Below are positions 13,300 to 24,812 of a stretch of 64,000 nt of DNA, piece by piece; position 1 is the first letter of the stretch, and each line of letters begins with the position of its first letter. The stretch is taken from contig JBNZDD010013686.1 of assembly GCA_050575255.1 (NCBI GenBank), forward strand, positions 2,913,286 to 2,977,285. The letters are read 5' to 3'. The stretch comes from Harriotta raleighana (taxonomy: Eukaryota). The notes beneath the pieces were generated by a model. The model was not told the DNA's origin. It ran no database searches and saw nothing but the letters and a program-made list of their open reading frames with translations. The position numbers and the translations under genes were made by a program.

Positions 13300-14893
13300 T
13301 TTGACATGTATGTTGAATAAACTCAGTATTTTTTCAACAAGTTAAAATGACATCTTTCAACTAAATCCATAAAACAACAAAGTCATTGATTGTCGGTCTT
13401 AATTTAATTCCAGCAAAATATCTAACATCTTATACAAGGTTGCCCAACAGTGAAGCACTTGTACACAGTGTAGCTGAGCCACACAACTCAGGAAACACTT
13501 GGGTTTGATTCCCAGTCTGTGCTCAGATGACTGAGGTCAGTCAGCTTTGTCATAATAGGGGCCCTTTATCCAGACACTGCTGAATCAGAGTGAAAAACAA
13601 TCAAACAGCGTTACAACTCCTGATCACTGACCAATAACTCGTGTTGAAAGGTGTGCATATTGGACATATAGGAAGTTTTTGCTTGTTTGTGTGGCCCCTC
13701 AGAATCACATTGTCTGCCACGATCAATCCTCAGAAACAAAGAATGGCTTTTAGGGCAGACCCTGCTATCACAATATACTCTAGCATGAGTCACTGTCTGC
13801 AGGAGATAAATGAAGAAAATTGGTGGCAAAATATAAACTGAACTCTAAGTAAGAAATATTAATATTTTCAAATATATCGAGACAATAAAATGCTAAACTC
13901 ACATTCATCGCTGGAATAACTTGACATCATAATCTACAAATTTAATCATGTGTCATTCTTTCCTATGGTTCAGTACATCATAGACTATATCCACAGGTTT
14001 TAAATTTAAATCAAGTCATGTTTGTTGGTTTGATCCCTGTTCAGTGTCAGCATCATAGTTTTTTCCCTTTCCAGTGTTCCATCATTAGAAATATATGTTG
14101 GATTTAAAACCTTTTTTGCTATGGTTAAGGTTTTCAACAACTTCAGATGCAATTTCAAAAACATTTGTGTTGATTAAATATATAGTCTATTGAAAAGAGC
14201 ATCTTTTCATAACTGGTATCCTCCTTAAGAATTTCGCTTCAGGTGCAATTATTTTTCAGCAACTGAGTCCAAAATGGGTTTCAATCAATTTTAGATTTTA
14301 TGAAATTTTAAGCACAGTAATAGGGTTGGCCCTTTTTTGAGGTTAAGAAGAACAAGAAGAGAAGCCCCACAAGAAGAAAACCTACATTTTCTTCTGCAGA
14401 GAAAAGCTATTCCATACAGTGTTTTAACAAATAAAACTTAGAGGAAGTAAATATACCACATTTGTACAGGATTTATATCAAGGACTTTTGTTTAAAACTA
14501 TATTTGGAAAAATGCATTTGAGAACAGTAAGAACATATTTTTTAAAAAATGATTTTTAACAGCCTTGAAACATTCTTGACACTTACATTCATCATACAAA
14601 GATTACAACCTGGACTTGACGGGATTTGATAAAATTCACATACACGTTGGGAATAATTGTTTCTGAACATTCATGCTTTTTTGAGGTAAAGTAGATCACC
14701 AAATCTGTCTATTTATCACATTTTGATTGTCCACATATATTATTCTATCTTTTTCCTTCCCCCTCTTTTCTTTAAATGACTGTCTATGTTATATCTACAA
14801 CAAATTCACTTTGAACATTTGCTCCGTATCCATCTGAAACTAATGGCTTCAAACTTCTTACTACACACATAGCTGACAGTTCTTGTCAACTAC

Positions 14894-15044
14894 CTTTGTG
14901 AATGGATCTTTATTCTGAATGACTCTGTCCACATAGCCTTGAGCACTGGCGTCTCATCATTGGGGCAATTTCTATGAAATTTAACTGCAGAAATATGAGC
15001 ATATTCTTTGCAAAGCTTATTTTGAACAAAAAATCCTGGTTGGT
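14894..15044 (-). CDS. Third copy of candidate 151-nt exon
   Basis: Identical to 5094-5244. Confidence 0.3.
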
Positions 15045-16161
15045 CTGAAGAGATGCATTTATTTTCTGATCCTACATATGACATATTTATTTAAAAATGG
15101 GTTACTGTAGATTTGATCTGTACAATACTTCTTTGAAAACGTGGCATAAATCTGCAACTGTTTTAGGAACAAATGATTCATTTCCACGACTATTATATTA
15201 AACAATTAGCAAAAATAGGCTATTTAACCAATGTCAACCAGTGACTATCACAGAAAATGGGAACAATCTACAGATCAATTTCATTAGTCCCCGTAAATGG
15301 TCTACATGTTTATTGCAATGCAGCCATGCATTTCCACAATAGTGTATTAGTGGAGCTGCTTTTTATTTTTCTAAAGAGATTTGATTGAAAGCAATTGTTC
15401 AAAGCATGGAAATAGTATTCTAAGGTCTGTGAATGAAGGCTCAGTTTGAAAAGTCATTAACTGTTCATATACCACAGGATGTTCAATTAACTTATGCATA
15501 TTACATAGTTGTATAGTTTTACACCTGGGCATGGTTCCATTGGAATTGGTTTGATATTTCATGGGCTTCTCAAAGTCATGATAAATCCTTTATTCACAAC
15601 TCTGTGAAAGCTCTGAATCTGGATCGAGACTATACCTTGAAATAAAGTCGAACAATATGAAAGTTTCAAATGAAGGACATAAATAACATTGCCTTCATTA
15701 TTTCCCATATCCTGGAGGTAAATGTTTAAATTACAGCACCATGAGGTGATGGGTTACCTGATTTATAACCCAGTGACATTTGCAACATTATACTGCTTTT
15801 AAATCAGTAATAGAAGTGATACTCGTAGAACATAGCAAGTAAACAAATATGACCTAGTTATATAGCTCTCGGTGAGATACAAATACTTCTTTCTGTTTAG
15901 TTGGCTCCATTGTTTTCTCATGCTATGTTGCATTAGTATAAATATTACCATCAAGCAAAAACAATATCGATGAGTATTGAATGCATGCTGTCCCCCTCCC
16001 CAAGACAGACAGATTTCCATAACTAGATTCTTACACAAGCACCACCACAACTGGTGAATGGAGTCTAAACTGAGGTGATGAGATAAGAAAAGAGATGGTG
16101 GGGGGGGGGAGGGAAAGGGGAGGAGTCAAAAGGTGCAGCAGCCACATTCGCAAGCATCACT

Positions 16162-16425
16162 AACTCCATCCCGCAATTCCTTCACCTCGCTTCCTCCCTT
16201 GCTTCCTTTAAGGCCTGTCTCAAGACCCTCCTCTTCGATCGTGCCTTCTACCGCCCTCCCAACTCTCTCCCTGCCCTCCTCTCCTCCCTACTCTGCCTCT
16301 CCCCCTCATCATGTCCCGACCTGACTGTTCAGTGCCTTGGGACGTCCTCCCGACGTGAAGGGCGCTCTATAAATGTAATTTTGTTGCTGTTGTTGTTATT
16401 GTTGTGTTGTTGTTGCTGTTGTTGT
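16162..16425 (+). mobile_element. L2 LINE 3' end, unit 3 copy
   Basis: Identical to 6362-6625. Confidence 0.85.
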
Positions 16426-17871
16426 AACTACATGACAACCAGCAAAAACCCTCTTTGTTGCTGGTAACTATGTGAAACTAAATTAAATGTGTCTGGTTTG
16501 AAACCTTGTTGTAAGGACCCAATAAATAACATGATACAGCACCACAAACAACTTGTTACACAGCACCCTGCTGTATGTATTGAGAGAGCACAAGTACACA
16601 ATGACTTGATAGTTGAGTGGCCTGGAAGCTCTTTTCACACTGCTATGATTTCAGGGTTGAGGTGCAGTATTGACTAACCACAAGTAGCGTTGTACCCTCT
16701 GGATGGGAAGTTTTGAATGCAATAACTTCTCACCCAGAAGAAGAAGATAAATTGTTTGCTTCTTGTCTCATGGTGGCCAATCACAGCAATGTCCCACAAA
16801 CCACCCAAACAATTAGGTTTCGGAAAAACTGCAGCCCACATATAAATATTAATTGTTACAGATTTTAATTGCCACTGCATAATTTGAATAGGAAACAAAG
16901 CCCAACAAATCCAATCGCATGTGAAAGCAATTACAATCCCCAATTCCCAAAAAATAATATGTGGAAAAATATTTTGTTTTCTGGGCGAGGGGCAAAAATA
17001 AAGAAAAGAGACATTGAAGCATTTGACTTATTTAGAAATGAGAAACGTGCCTGGGAAAGTCATAAATACCAGGAAGCTACAAGGCAGACAGATTATTCTA
17101 AGGCTGGGCAAGCTCAACACGGAAGATATGGGTGGATTGTCAATCATGTCAACTTGTTAACGTAATGGCTGTGGCAGGGCTAACAAGCAGAAAAATCACC
17201 AAGGGGTGAGAACAGCATGACACAAAAGATAAACGTGCCAAGGAATGACAATGAGAACATGCGCAAAGTTTAGTACTACAGGAAGCAATGATTTTCTTTT
17301 CATTGTCTGCTTCTAAAGCCTTAAAGTAGTACAGTTTACAAGCTGAGCACACTTCGCTCTTTGTTTTTTTGTCGGGAGTCGCTTTTTTGTTTGAAATAAA
17401 ATGTCTTTCTAAAGTACTTTCTCCCCAATTTTCATTTCCAATGCTGATGTGTACAAATGCAATACTTTCAACTCTCCAGACATGGTTAATGCTTTTGATT
17501 CTTGTTGCAGTGACTCTTATTGAAAGTGCTTGTGGGGGATCATAGGTGAGGACATGGTTGGCTTTTGCTCTGAAACCACCCTCTCCGAATTTATTAGGAA
17601 TGAATCTGATTGCAAGGTGTTGGAAGAATGCTGCTGCCTTTGGAGCTGCACTCTAGCACATGAACCATCTAGCGACACACTGTGCAAATAAAAGCTGGTA
17701 ACAATTTTGACATTGCTGTTGAAGCACTGGATGAGTATCTTTGCTCAGCCCCATAATGTCGTCACTTACTGGCATAATGTATGAACTTTCAGATAGAGGG
17801 TCACTGTTTGTGATCAGGACTGGCTGGAATTTGCCTTCAATAGCCCATGCAATGCTGAAGTAATGTCAATG

Positions 17872-18199
17872 TAATAATAATAATAATAATAATCCTTGTA
17901 TTTGATATAGCGCTTTTCACATCTTATCGACGTCCCAAAGCGCTTCACAGAGTATACTGTAAAGTGAATTGACTGTATATTTGTGGGCGGAATGCGGCAG
18001 CCAATTGCGCACAGCAGTGTCCCACAAACAGTCATGGATTGAAATGACCAATTTTATTATTGTGGTTATTTTGGAGGGATTATTATTAGGCATGTGGAGT
18101 AAGGAAACTTGCCCAAGGTTCGCCCTGATCTGCCTGCATTCGAAACAGATCTCATGCTTGTAAGGCGAGTGATCCAACCACTGAGCCACAGGATCTCCA
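17872..18199 (-). mobile_element. SINE family 1, copy D (right boundary of triplication)
   Basis: Identical to B/C up to 18193, then ggatctcca versus ggagttcca and a unique flank. Confidence 0.9.
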
Positions 18200-18287
18200 C
18201 GATGTACACCCAATGTACACCCAGATGTTCCAGCTGGGCCTGACTTAATCCCAATGTGCATTACTTTACTGAAAGTAATTCAACTTT

Positions 18288-18852
18288 ATCAATCAATCAA
18301 ATCCAAATTTTATTTATATAGCGCCTTTCACGTCGGGAGGACGTCCCAAAGCGCTGTACAGCCAAGTAGGGGGGGGGGGCTCAGGGAAAGGAGTAGGAAA
18401 AATTGACTGTATATTTGTGGGCGAAACGCGGCAGCCAAATTGCGCACAACAGTGTCCCACAAACACACACAGAAATGGGGGAAAAAAGGGGGGAAAAAAT
18501 GGCAAGGGGGAGAAATGGAGGGAAAAGCGGGGTGGGGTAAAATCAGGGAAGAAAAGGGGGGGGAGAAAGGGGGACAAGGGGGAAATCAGGGAGGGCAAAG
18601 AGGGAGAAATGTTGGTAAGTGGGAAGAGGGAGGGAAGGATGGGTAGGAGGCAAAACCAGGGAGAAAGGGGGGTAAGGGGGAAGAGGGAGGAAAGGGAGAG
18701 AGGGAAGGAGAAGAATAAAAAGGGGGAAAATCAGGGGGCAGGGGGAGTTTAAACAACAACAACAACATCAACAATAATAAACAAAAAAGTAAATAACAAT
18801 CAACAATAATAAACAAACACAACAACAACAATAGAAAACACAACAACAACAA
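18288..18852 (-). mobile_element. Retroelement 3' region (probable L2-type LINE 3' UTR) with (GATT)n tail, purine-rich tract and (CAA)n
   Basis: atcaatcaatcaa tail, cctttcacgtcgggaggacgtcccaaagcgc motif, segment shared with SINE family 1 (18403-18464), G/A tract 18476-18748, (caa)n 18751-18852. Confidence 0.7.
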
Positions 18853-19162
18853 TTAATGACTGTCCAATGCTGGACATTACAGAACCAAAACAGGCCATTT
18901 GGCCCAACTAGTCTATGCCATTGTTTATGTTCCAGATAAACCTCCACACATTCTCACCTTTTCTCCCTATCTATCCTCCTCCCATTCTGAATTCCCTTCA
19001 TTCTTATATATGCTTGCTATTTCTATTATTCCATGCCCTAATCAATGCATTTGTGCTGATTATGCTGTGATATTTTTGGGATTTGGAAGTCATTCATAAT
19101 GTATTATTTTATACCATAGCTAACAAAAGGGAAATGGTCACTTTCTAACAACTGTTCAACTA

Positions 19163-19400
19163 AACAACAACAAAATTACATGCATAGAGTGCCTTTCACA
19201 TCGGGAGAATGTGAACAGTCAGGGGTCGGGATCCGAGCATAGGGGAAGGGGAAGGATGGAGTGGGAGGGGAGGGAGAGAGGTAGGAAGACAGCAGAAGGC
19301 ACGATCGAAAAGGAGGGTCTTGAGATTGGGTTTGAAGGAATCAAGGGAGGAAACAAGGGAAAGGGACTGTGGGATGGAGTTCCAGATTGTAGGGGCACTG
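19163..19400 (-). mobile_element. L2 LINE 3' end
   Basis: Minus-strand ORF contains APTIWNSIPQSLSLVSSLDSFKPNLKTLLFDRAF; (gtt)n tail. Confidence 0.85.
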
Positions 19401-20744
19401 TTGTGTGCGAGAGGGCACACAACAGTGAAGGTACCAATCTGAGTTTACATAATTTAGTGGAATAGTCCTTGTTATATATTCAGTAGCATTTATTCCATTC
19501 CCTTTTATTAGTATTTTCTTTACACTGAACAATGATAGCATTGATTTTTTTTTGTCATACAGAAACAGAAAGGTCAAGTGTGAGTTTTTCCACGTGTTAC
19601 CGGTGAGCTGTACCCACCTCAACTACTGTATCTGCTATTCTATGAACCTGCTGTTCGCATTTTATTTAATGTCTTGAGTGGATATGGTCCAAAGTATTTT
19701 AAAATCCTCTTTCGCTGCAGTACTTCTTGCTTCACAAATCACAGAGGGACAAAGGGTTAATAACAATAAGATTGGTACTTCAAAATTGCAGTCATTGGTA
19801 CATTAAAAAAACAGACTTGTGAGATTTCTAACCAGTCCGGAAGGGTGAGAATAGCTGCTTTGTCATCTTATCATAAATACACATATCCTGACATGGTGTC
19901 AGTTTATTCGCTTCTGTTGTTTGAAAATTAGTCCATTCACTGTCTTTTGGGTCCTGATTGGCTGCCATGTTTATTTAAGCAGTCTGAGAATGGTTGGTAA
20001 TGATAAACTTCTTCACGGGATATTAAACACTGTAATCCTTCACATTCCTAGTTGGTCTTAACAGTGCAGAATAGACTAAGTGGAAAGCTTTTTCTGAGAT
20101 ACTGTCTGTGTCTGCAACAGCAGCATTCGTTTAAAAGCTTCACTGGACTGAACATTTTTTCTTAAAATATTTCATTTGCTGGTTCATGAACTAGCACCAA
20201 TGATGTGTCTAAAATTCAGTACAGTCATTTGGAAAGCCCAACAAGTCAATTTCCTAATGCGGGAATAGTGGATCCACTATCTACATTGCTACTCTGCAAA
20301 TATACATTAGATACCTGTTGTTAAGCCAGTGAATTTAGACCACAAGTGAGTGGAGTTGAATTATGCATGAACAAAAATCTTGTGTCGAGAAGTCCACTAC
20401 CAAAAGTGGTAATCACGAGTTACATAATCACACACCTTCCCCAGGGTTTGGAACATTCAAAATGGAGAGCAATGTGAGTGTTACGTCAGACAATTCTATG
20501 AGTAATCTCATTCAGCGAAGCTGTAAGGGTCGAACCAAAGTGGGGAGAGCAAGGGTTAGGGGAGAAACAATTGCATGTGCCAGTGTAGTTAGAGTACTTT
20601 TCTGATGTTGTAGCTGGAACATGTTTTGGGATGGAGTAAAATAAGGTTTCCTCTGCAACATATTTAGACTTAGTGCTAAAACACCAAATTATCCTTTACC
20701 CCAAATGGTATGGATGTTCCCTCATTACTGATGTCCATTACTGT

Positions 20745-20995
20745 ATCTCAGGTGGTAGCATTCTTGTTTCTGGATCAGAAATTTGCATGTTCAAACCCCA
20801 TTTGATTAATTGGGCCTTGGTGTTACACCTTAGCTGGTCATTCAGTGCAAAATTGGGAAGACTTACATTGTTTTTTTCCATTCGAGGTTAAACTGAGTTT
20901 CCTGCTGTCTGTGCATTTTTATTGAACCTCACCACTTTAAAAATCTTAAAGCACTTCACGAGTAATTACTGTCAAGTGTCATTGTAGGCAAATGC
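20745..20995 (+). mobile_element. Highly diverged DeuSINE (SacSINE1/AmnSINE1-like) remnant; an opposite-strand remnant follows to ~21170
   Basis: ggtagcattcttgtttctggatcagaaatttgcatgttcaaacccc head resembles copies at 43.0k and 48.6k. Confidence 0.5.
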
Positions 20996-22729
20996 AGAAG
21001 CAGATCATGCCACTAAGGTCCCGTAAAAATCCATAAAGCGAATGGTCAGTTGATCTGAAGATTGTGGTTAGGGCAACGAGAGAAATTTTCTGTTTGTATA
21101 GTGGAATGGGATCTTTAATGTTCGCTACACAGGAAAGACCTCAGTTTAAAATCTCATCTGAAAGGCAGATCTGGATTGCATAAAGCTGAAACTATTAAAA
21201 TGAGTTGAAATGTTAAAGCAACATCTAACAGCAACACCTTTTATTCTATTGCTAATTAGGAAACAAGGTGAAACATCTTTTTATTTCCCTACATCTTGCT
21301 GTAAAAGTGTTTTTGCATAGCTCTTACAAACACCCTTTCAGCAGATCCCTTTCAGCAGATCTGCTGTATAATTGAATACAATAAAAGGCTAACGTTTCAT
21401 CGTCATTTTGGAACCATTGAAAATATGGACGTTAATGGTAATATCCAAATCAACAATTTTCCTTACAAGAACGAAGCAAATGTTCTCTAGTCAAACATTT
21501 CATTGTACTTTACGAGTTTGTACTTTCCTTAAAATACATCTTTTTTTGTTTTGCTAGCAATTTTGTTAGAGTAGGAGCTTTGCGTGATCAGATTATTTTC
21601 CCAAGGCTATTCAGATGATCTAAACTGAGTTTCTATAAACACACCTATAATTTCTTCTGACATTTCATGCAGACTGTATGCTCATTTTTCAATTGTTCAC
21701 TGAAAACACCTTAAAGTACTTACCAGTATCATTTCATTTTTTAAAAAAATAGAAAATTTGTATAAAGGAGCCTTTCAGTATAATGGGATTCTGACATGTG
21801 AATCATTATTGATCGTTTCCTTGGGAATAGAGTCACCATAGATTGTGCATCTCGCTTTACAACATATGTTTGGAAGTCGTCCAAAGCCAATGTTACAAAG
21901 AAGGCACAATAAAAACTCTAAAATATTCTCTTTTTTAACATTCATACATGAAAAGGGATGCCAGATTACAATAAATTAATACTACACATTATAAATGATA
22001 AAATTAAGAACATAAGAAACCATGGAAGGAAGAAATGTCCTTCGATTTATCAACCTTCCCACTGAAAATAAGATCATTTCCTTAACAAGTGTTATATTTT
22101 CTAATTAAATATAATCAGTTAACTTAGGCTTTCATAAATATTGTTGTGCCAACTCCCAGAATCATCTTTGTTGTACATTTCTGTGTTATTTTGAAGACTT
22201 ATCCACCAATATCATTATCAGAGACTTGAAGGATGTTGGTTCCGGGAGGTCGGCTCAGCAAAGTGGGTTAGTCTTGCTGATGGATCGGTGACCCTTGCCA
22301 ACAGATTTTTGTAAACCACAGGTAAGAATAGGATTGGGCTTGACTTTGGCCAAGTAGCCTGATACCAATGACTATCTGGACTCATACATGAAGGACAGCA
22401 AGTTGGGAAAACATTCTCATGCCAAGCACCCAGAGTTCAAGGGAAAATAAATAGTTAAATGGCTTGACGCAAGTGATTGTATACACTTGATTGGCATACA
22501 CATTTGCTGTAGAAATAACAGGACAAAAATACATTAAACTGTATGGCACCTGTTCTTATGTTTTGAGGTTTGAAATAAGTATGTAAAGTACTTCCCCGGC
22601 AGTTTACTAACTGGAAGCTGGAAATTTCTTTACCTGCATCAAGAGTTCTGGGAAAGCTTGTTCACTTGAGGAAAGACCTGGAGGTAAGTAATTATCTATG
22701 TTTAGAATAACTAGCATGACCATATCAAA

Positions 22730-23021
22730 GTAATATAATCCTTACATTTGATATAGAGCTTTTCACATCTTCTAGACGTCTCAAAGTGCTTAATGGAATT
22801 AAGCACTGAAAAGTGAATTGACTGTATTTTTGTGGGTGGACACTGCAGCCAATTATGCACAACAGTGTCCCACAAACTGTCGTGACTAATTTAGTTTTTT
22901 TTTCTGAAGGGATTATTGTCAGGCGTATGGAGCAAGGAAATTTGCTCAAGGCTTGGCCCTGCTGGGAAGCAAACCTAGGTCTCTTGCTTGAATCCTCTAA
23001 CCACTGAGCTACCAGACTCCA
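22730..23021 (-). mobile_element. SINE family 1, full length
   Basis: Tail aatccttacatttgatata, body, head ctaaccactgagctaccagactccac. Confidence 0.88.
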
Positions 23022-24489
23022 CTATTATTATTATTATTATTATTAAAATAGTCATTTTAAATAATATCTTGTCCTGCAAAAATGTTTGTGATTGCTGTTG
23101 GTAATCATCATCAAATGCCTGTAGTACCTTCAGGAGACACTCACTACTTCAATGATTCAATTAATCCTTAAGCACTTTTCTCCCTGGGATATGTTTTTAA
23201 TGGAGCAAAGTACAGTACTTATAGTTCTGCCTGACAAATGGCAGAAGTTTATTACGATTGAACTATAAGACTAGGTAAACTCCAAAACTAGTCTGAACTG
23301 GAGAAAATATGGTTTGATCGCAACAGCTAACAGAGCAGCCCCTAACACACCATCTCCATTTAATCCATCATCGGTTGCTCCCTAGAGCGGCAATTTTGCT
23401 AATGGATTAAAACAGAGTAGACAGTAGTAAATAAGTTATAAACATGATAAGCTTACACGGGAACCCCCAGGCTTGCGCCCCCCCTCCCCCTCCCCATTAA
23501 TCCATCTTTAGTAGCTGCCTAAAGCAGCAGTCTTTCCAATGGACCAGATTCTAACAGCATTCATCATTAAATCAACATTCAGTGCTCTAATCAGCAGATG
23601 TTGCTGACATGCACCCTCACTGTAATCTCATTTAACCCCCTCCTGTCAGGAGCAGACAGGGCATGACCGTGTAATGCAGGCTAAATTAGATTTGACACAG
23701 CAAGAGAAGGCATTAAAGATTACTTTATTTTTAAATTCACTCCACGATCCACACCTTTGACTTTTACCTCCCTTCACATTCATATTTTTCACAACACTGG
23801 TCCTTTGAACAAAACCCCAAAAAGCTTTCATGTTTTCCTCTCTGGGGAATTCTTACATTTATTTGCTAAAAGCTGTGTTGCATATTCTGAATTCGGTTGC
23901 TATAATGTTTATTTGAAATTTAATTAACTCAAGATGCACTGGATCAACAAGATGTACATTGAACCAATTGTATGATTAAAATGTAGTAGTGCTAATTTAT
24001 ACTCCGTGGGAGTAGTCCAGCAATCAGTGTGACACAACATCGCACTATGTTATTGGGAACTTTGTAATGAGCAGCAACAAAAGTCCAAGTTGGATTGCAT
24101 TGGTAGTTTTTTACTTCCCCAGAAGTGAGTATCCATTGCTAAATGTTCCTGTCAAATCCAGAAAATGACAGGAAAAGCTATTAAATGCAATGTAAGTGTT
24201 GACATTTCTCAAGATCTTCACTGTATAAATAATGTAGGGATTGGGTACCGGAGTGATACTTGTCATTCATATGTTTTTTTTTTCAGGCTCCTGCATGCAC
24301 GAGAATGATATCACACCCATTGGCAATCCCCACTATGCATTCATGAGTACCTCTATCAGTACCCAAAGTACTTGTGCTAAATTGTATATGGATTCATCTT
24401 CAATAAGCAAGATAAGCTTCAGTACAATCATTTGGCCTTTTAAATCTACATGATGCAGTTAGCTTATGTCCCCCTCCTTCTGTTATTTC

Positions 24490-24558
24490 ACTCCAATGCC
24501 TTGGGACATCCTCTCGATGTGAAGGGCGCTCTATCAATGTAATTTTGTTGTTGTTGTT
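24490..24558 (+). mobile_element. L2 LINE extreme 3' tail
   Basis: ccttgggacatcctctcgatgtgaagggcgctctatcaatgtaattttgttgttg. Confidence 0.8.
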
Positions 24559-24619
24559 CCGTTTCCACCTGATTCCATGGAACCTCCATTTGGAAATTAA
24601 TTTTTTTATTGTTTTAGTA

Positions 24620-24812
24620 GTCCTGTAGTGCATTAGTTAGAGCAACCGCCTCGCATGTGAGAGGATATGGATTTGAATCCCGGACGAAAAATTAGGTTTT
24701 GTTACTCCACACACCTCCAGTTATCTAACTGTAAGTAGGAATCTGGTTGTTAGTCGATTGGCAAATCACTTTTCCTGGGGTAATAATCCCATCAAAAACT
24801 GAAAAAAAAAAA
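24620..24812 (+). mobile_element. tRNA-derived SINE head/fragment of another family
   Basis: A-box-like tagtgcattagttagagc, anticodon-arm-like cctcgcatgtgagagg, B-box-like gatttgaatcc; no intact cloverleaf. Confidence 0.55.

Larger units (their letters stand above)
3253..18193. repeat. Tandem triplication, unit 4900 bp (3253-8152, 8153-13052, 13053-17952, plus 241 bp of terminal SINE)
   Basis: Sequence and ORF track recur at exactly +4900 and +9800; six substitutions spotted between units, no indels seen. Confidence 0.98.

Noticed and set aside
18314-18852. Gly/Lys/Glu-rich and Pro/Phe/Leu-rich ORFs
   Set aside because: Products of low-complexity purine and (CAA)n tracts
21724-21780. Consensus minus-strand donor CTG/GTAAGT
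   Set aside because: No good acceptor with an open frame upstream
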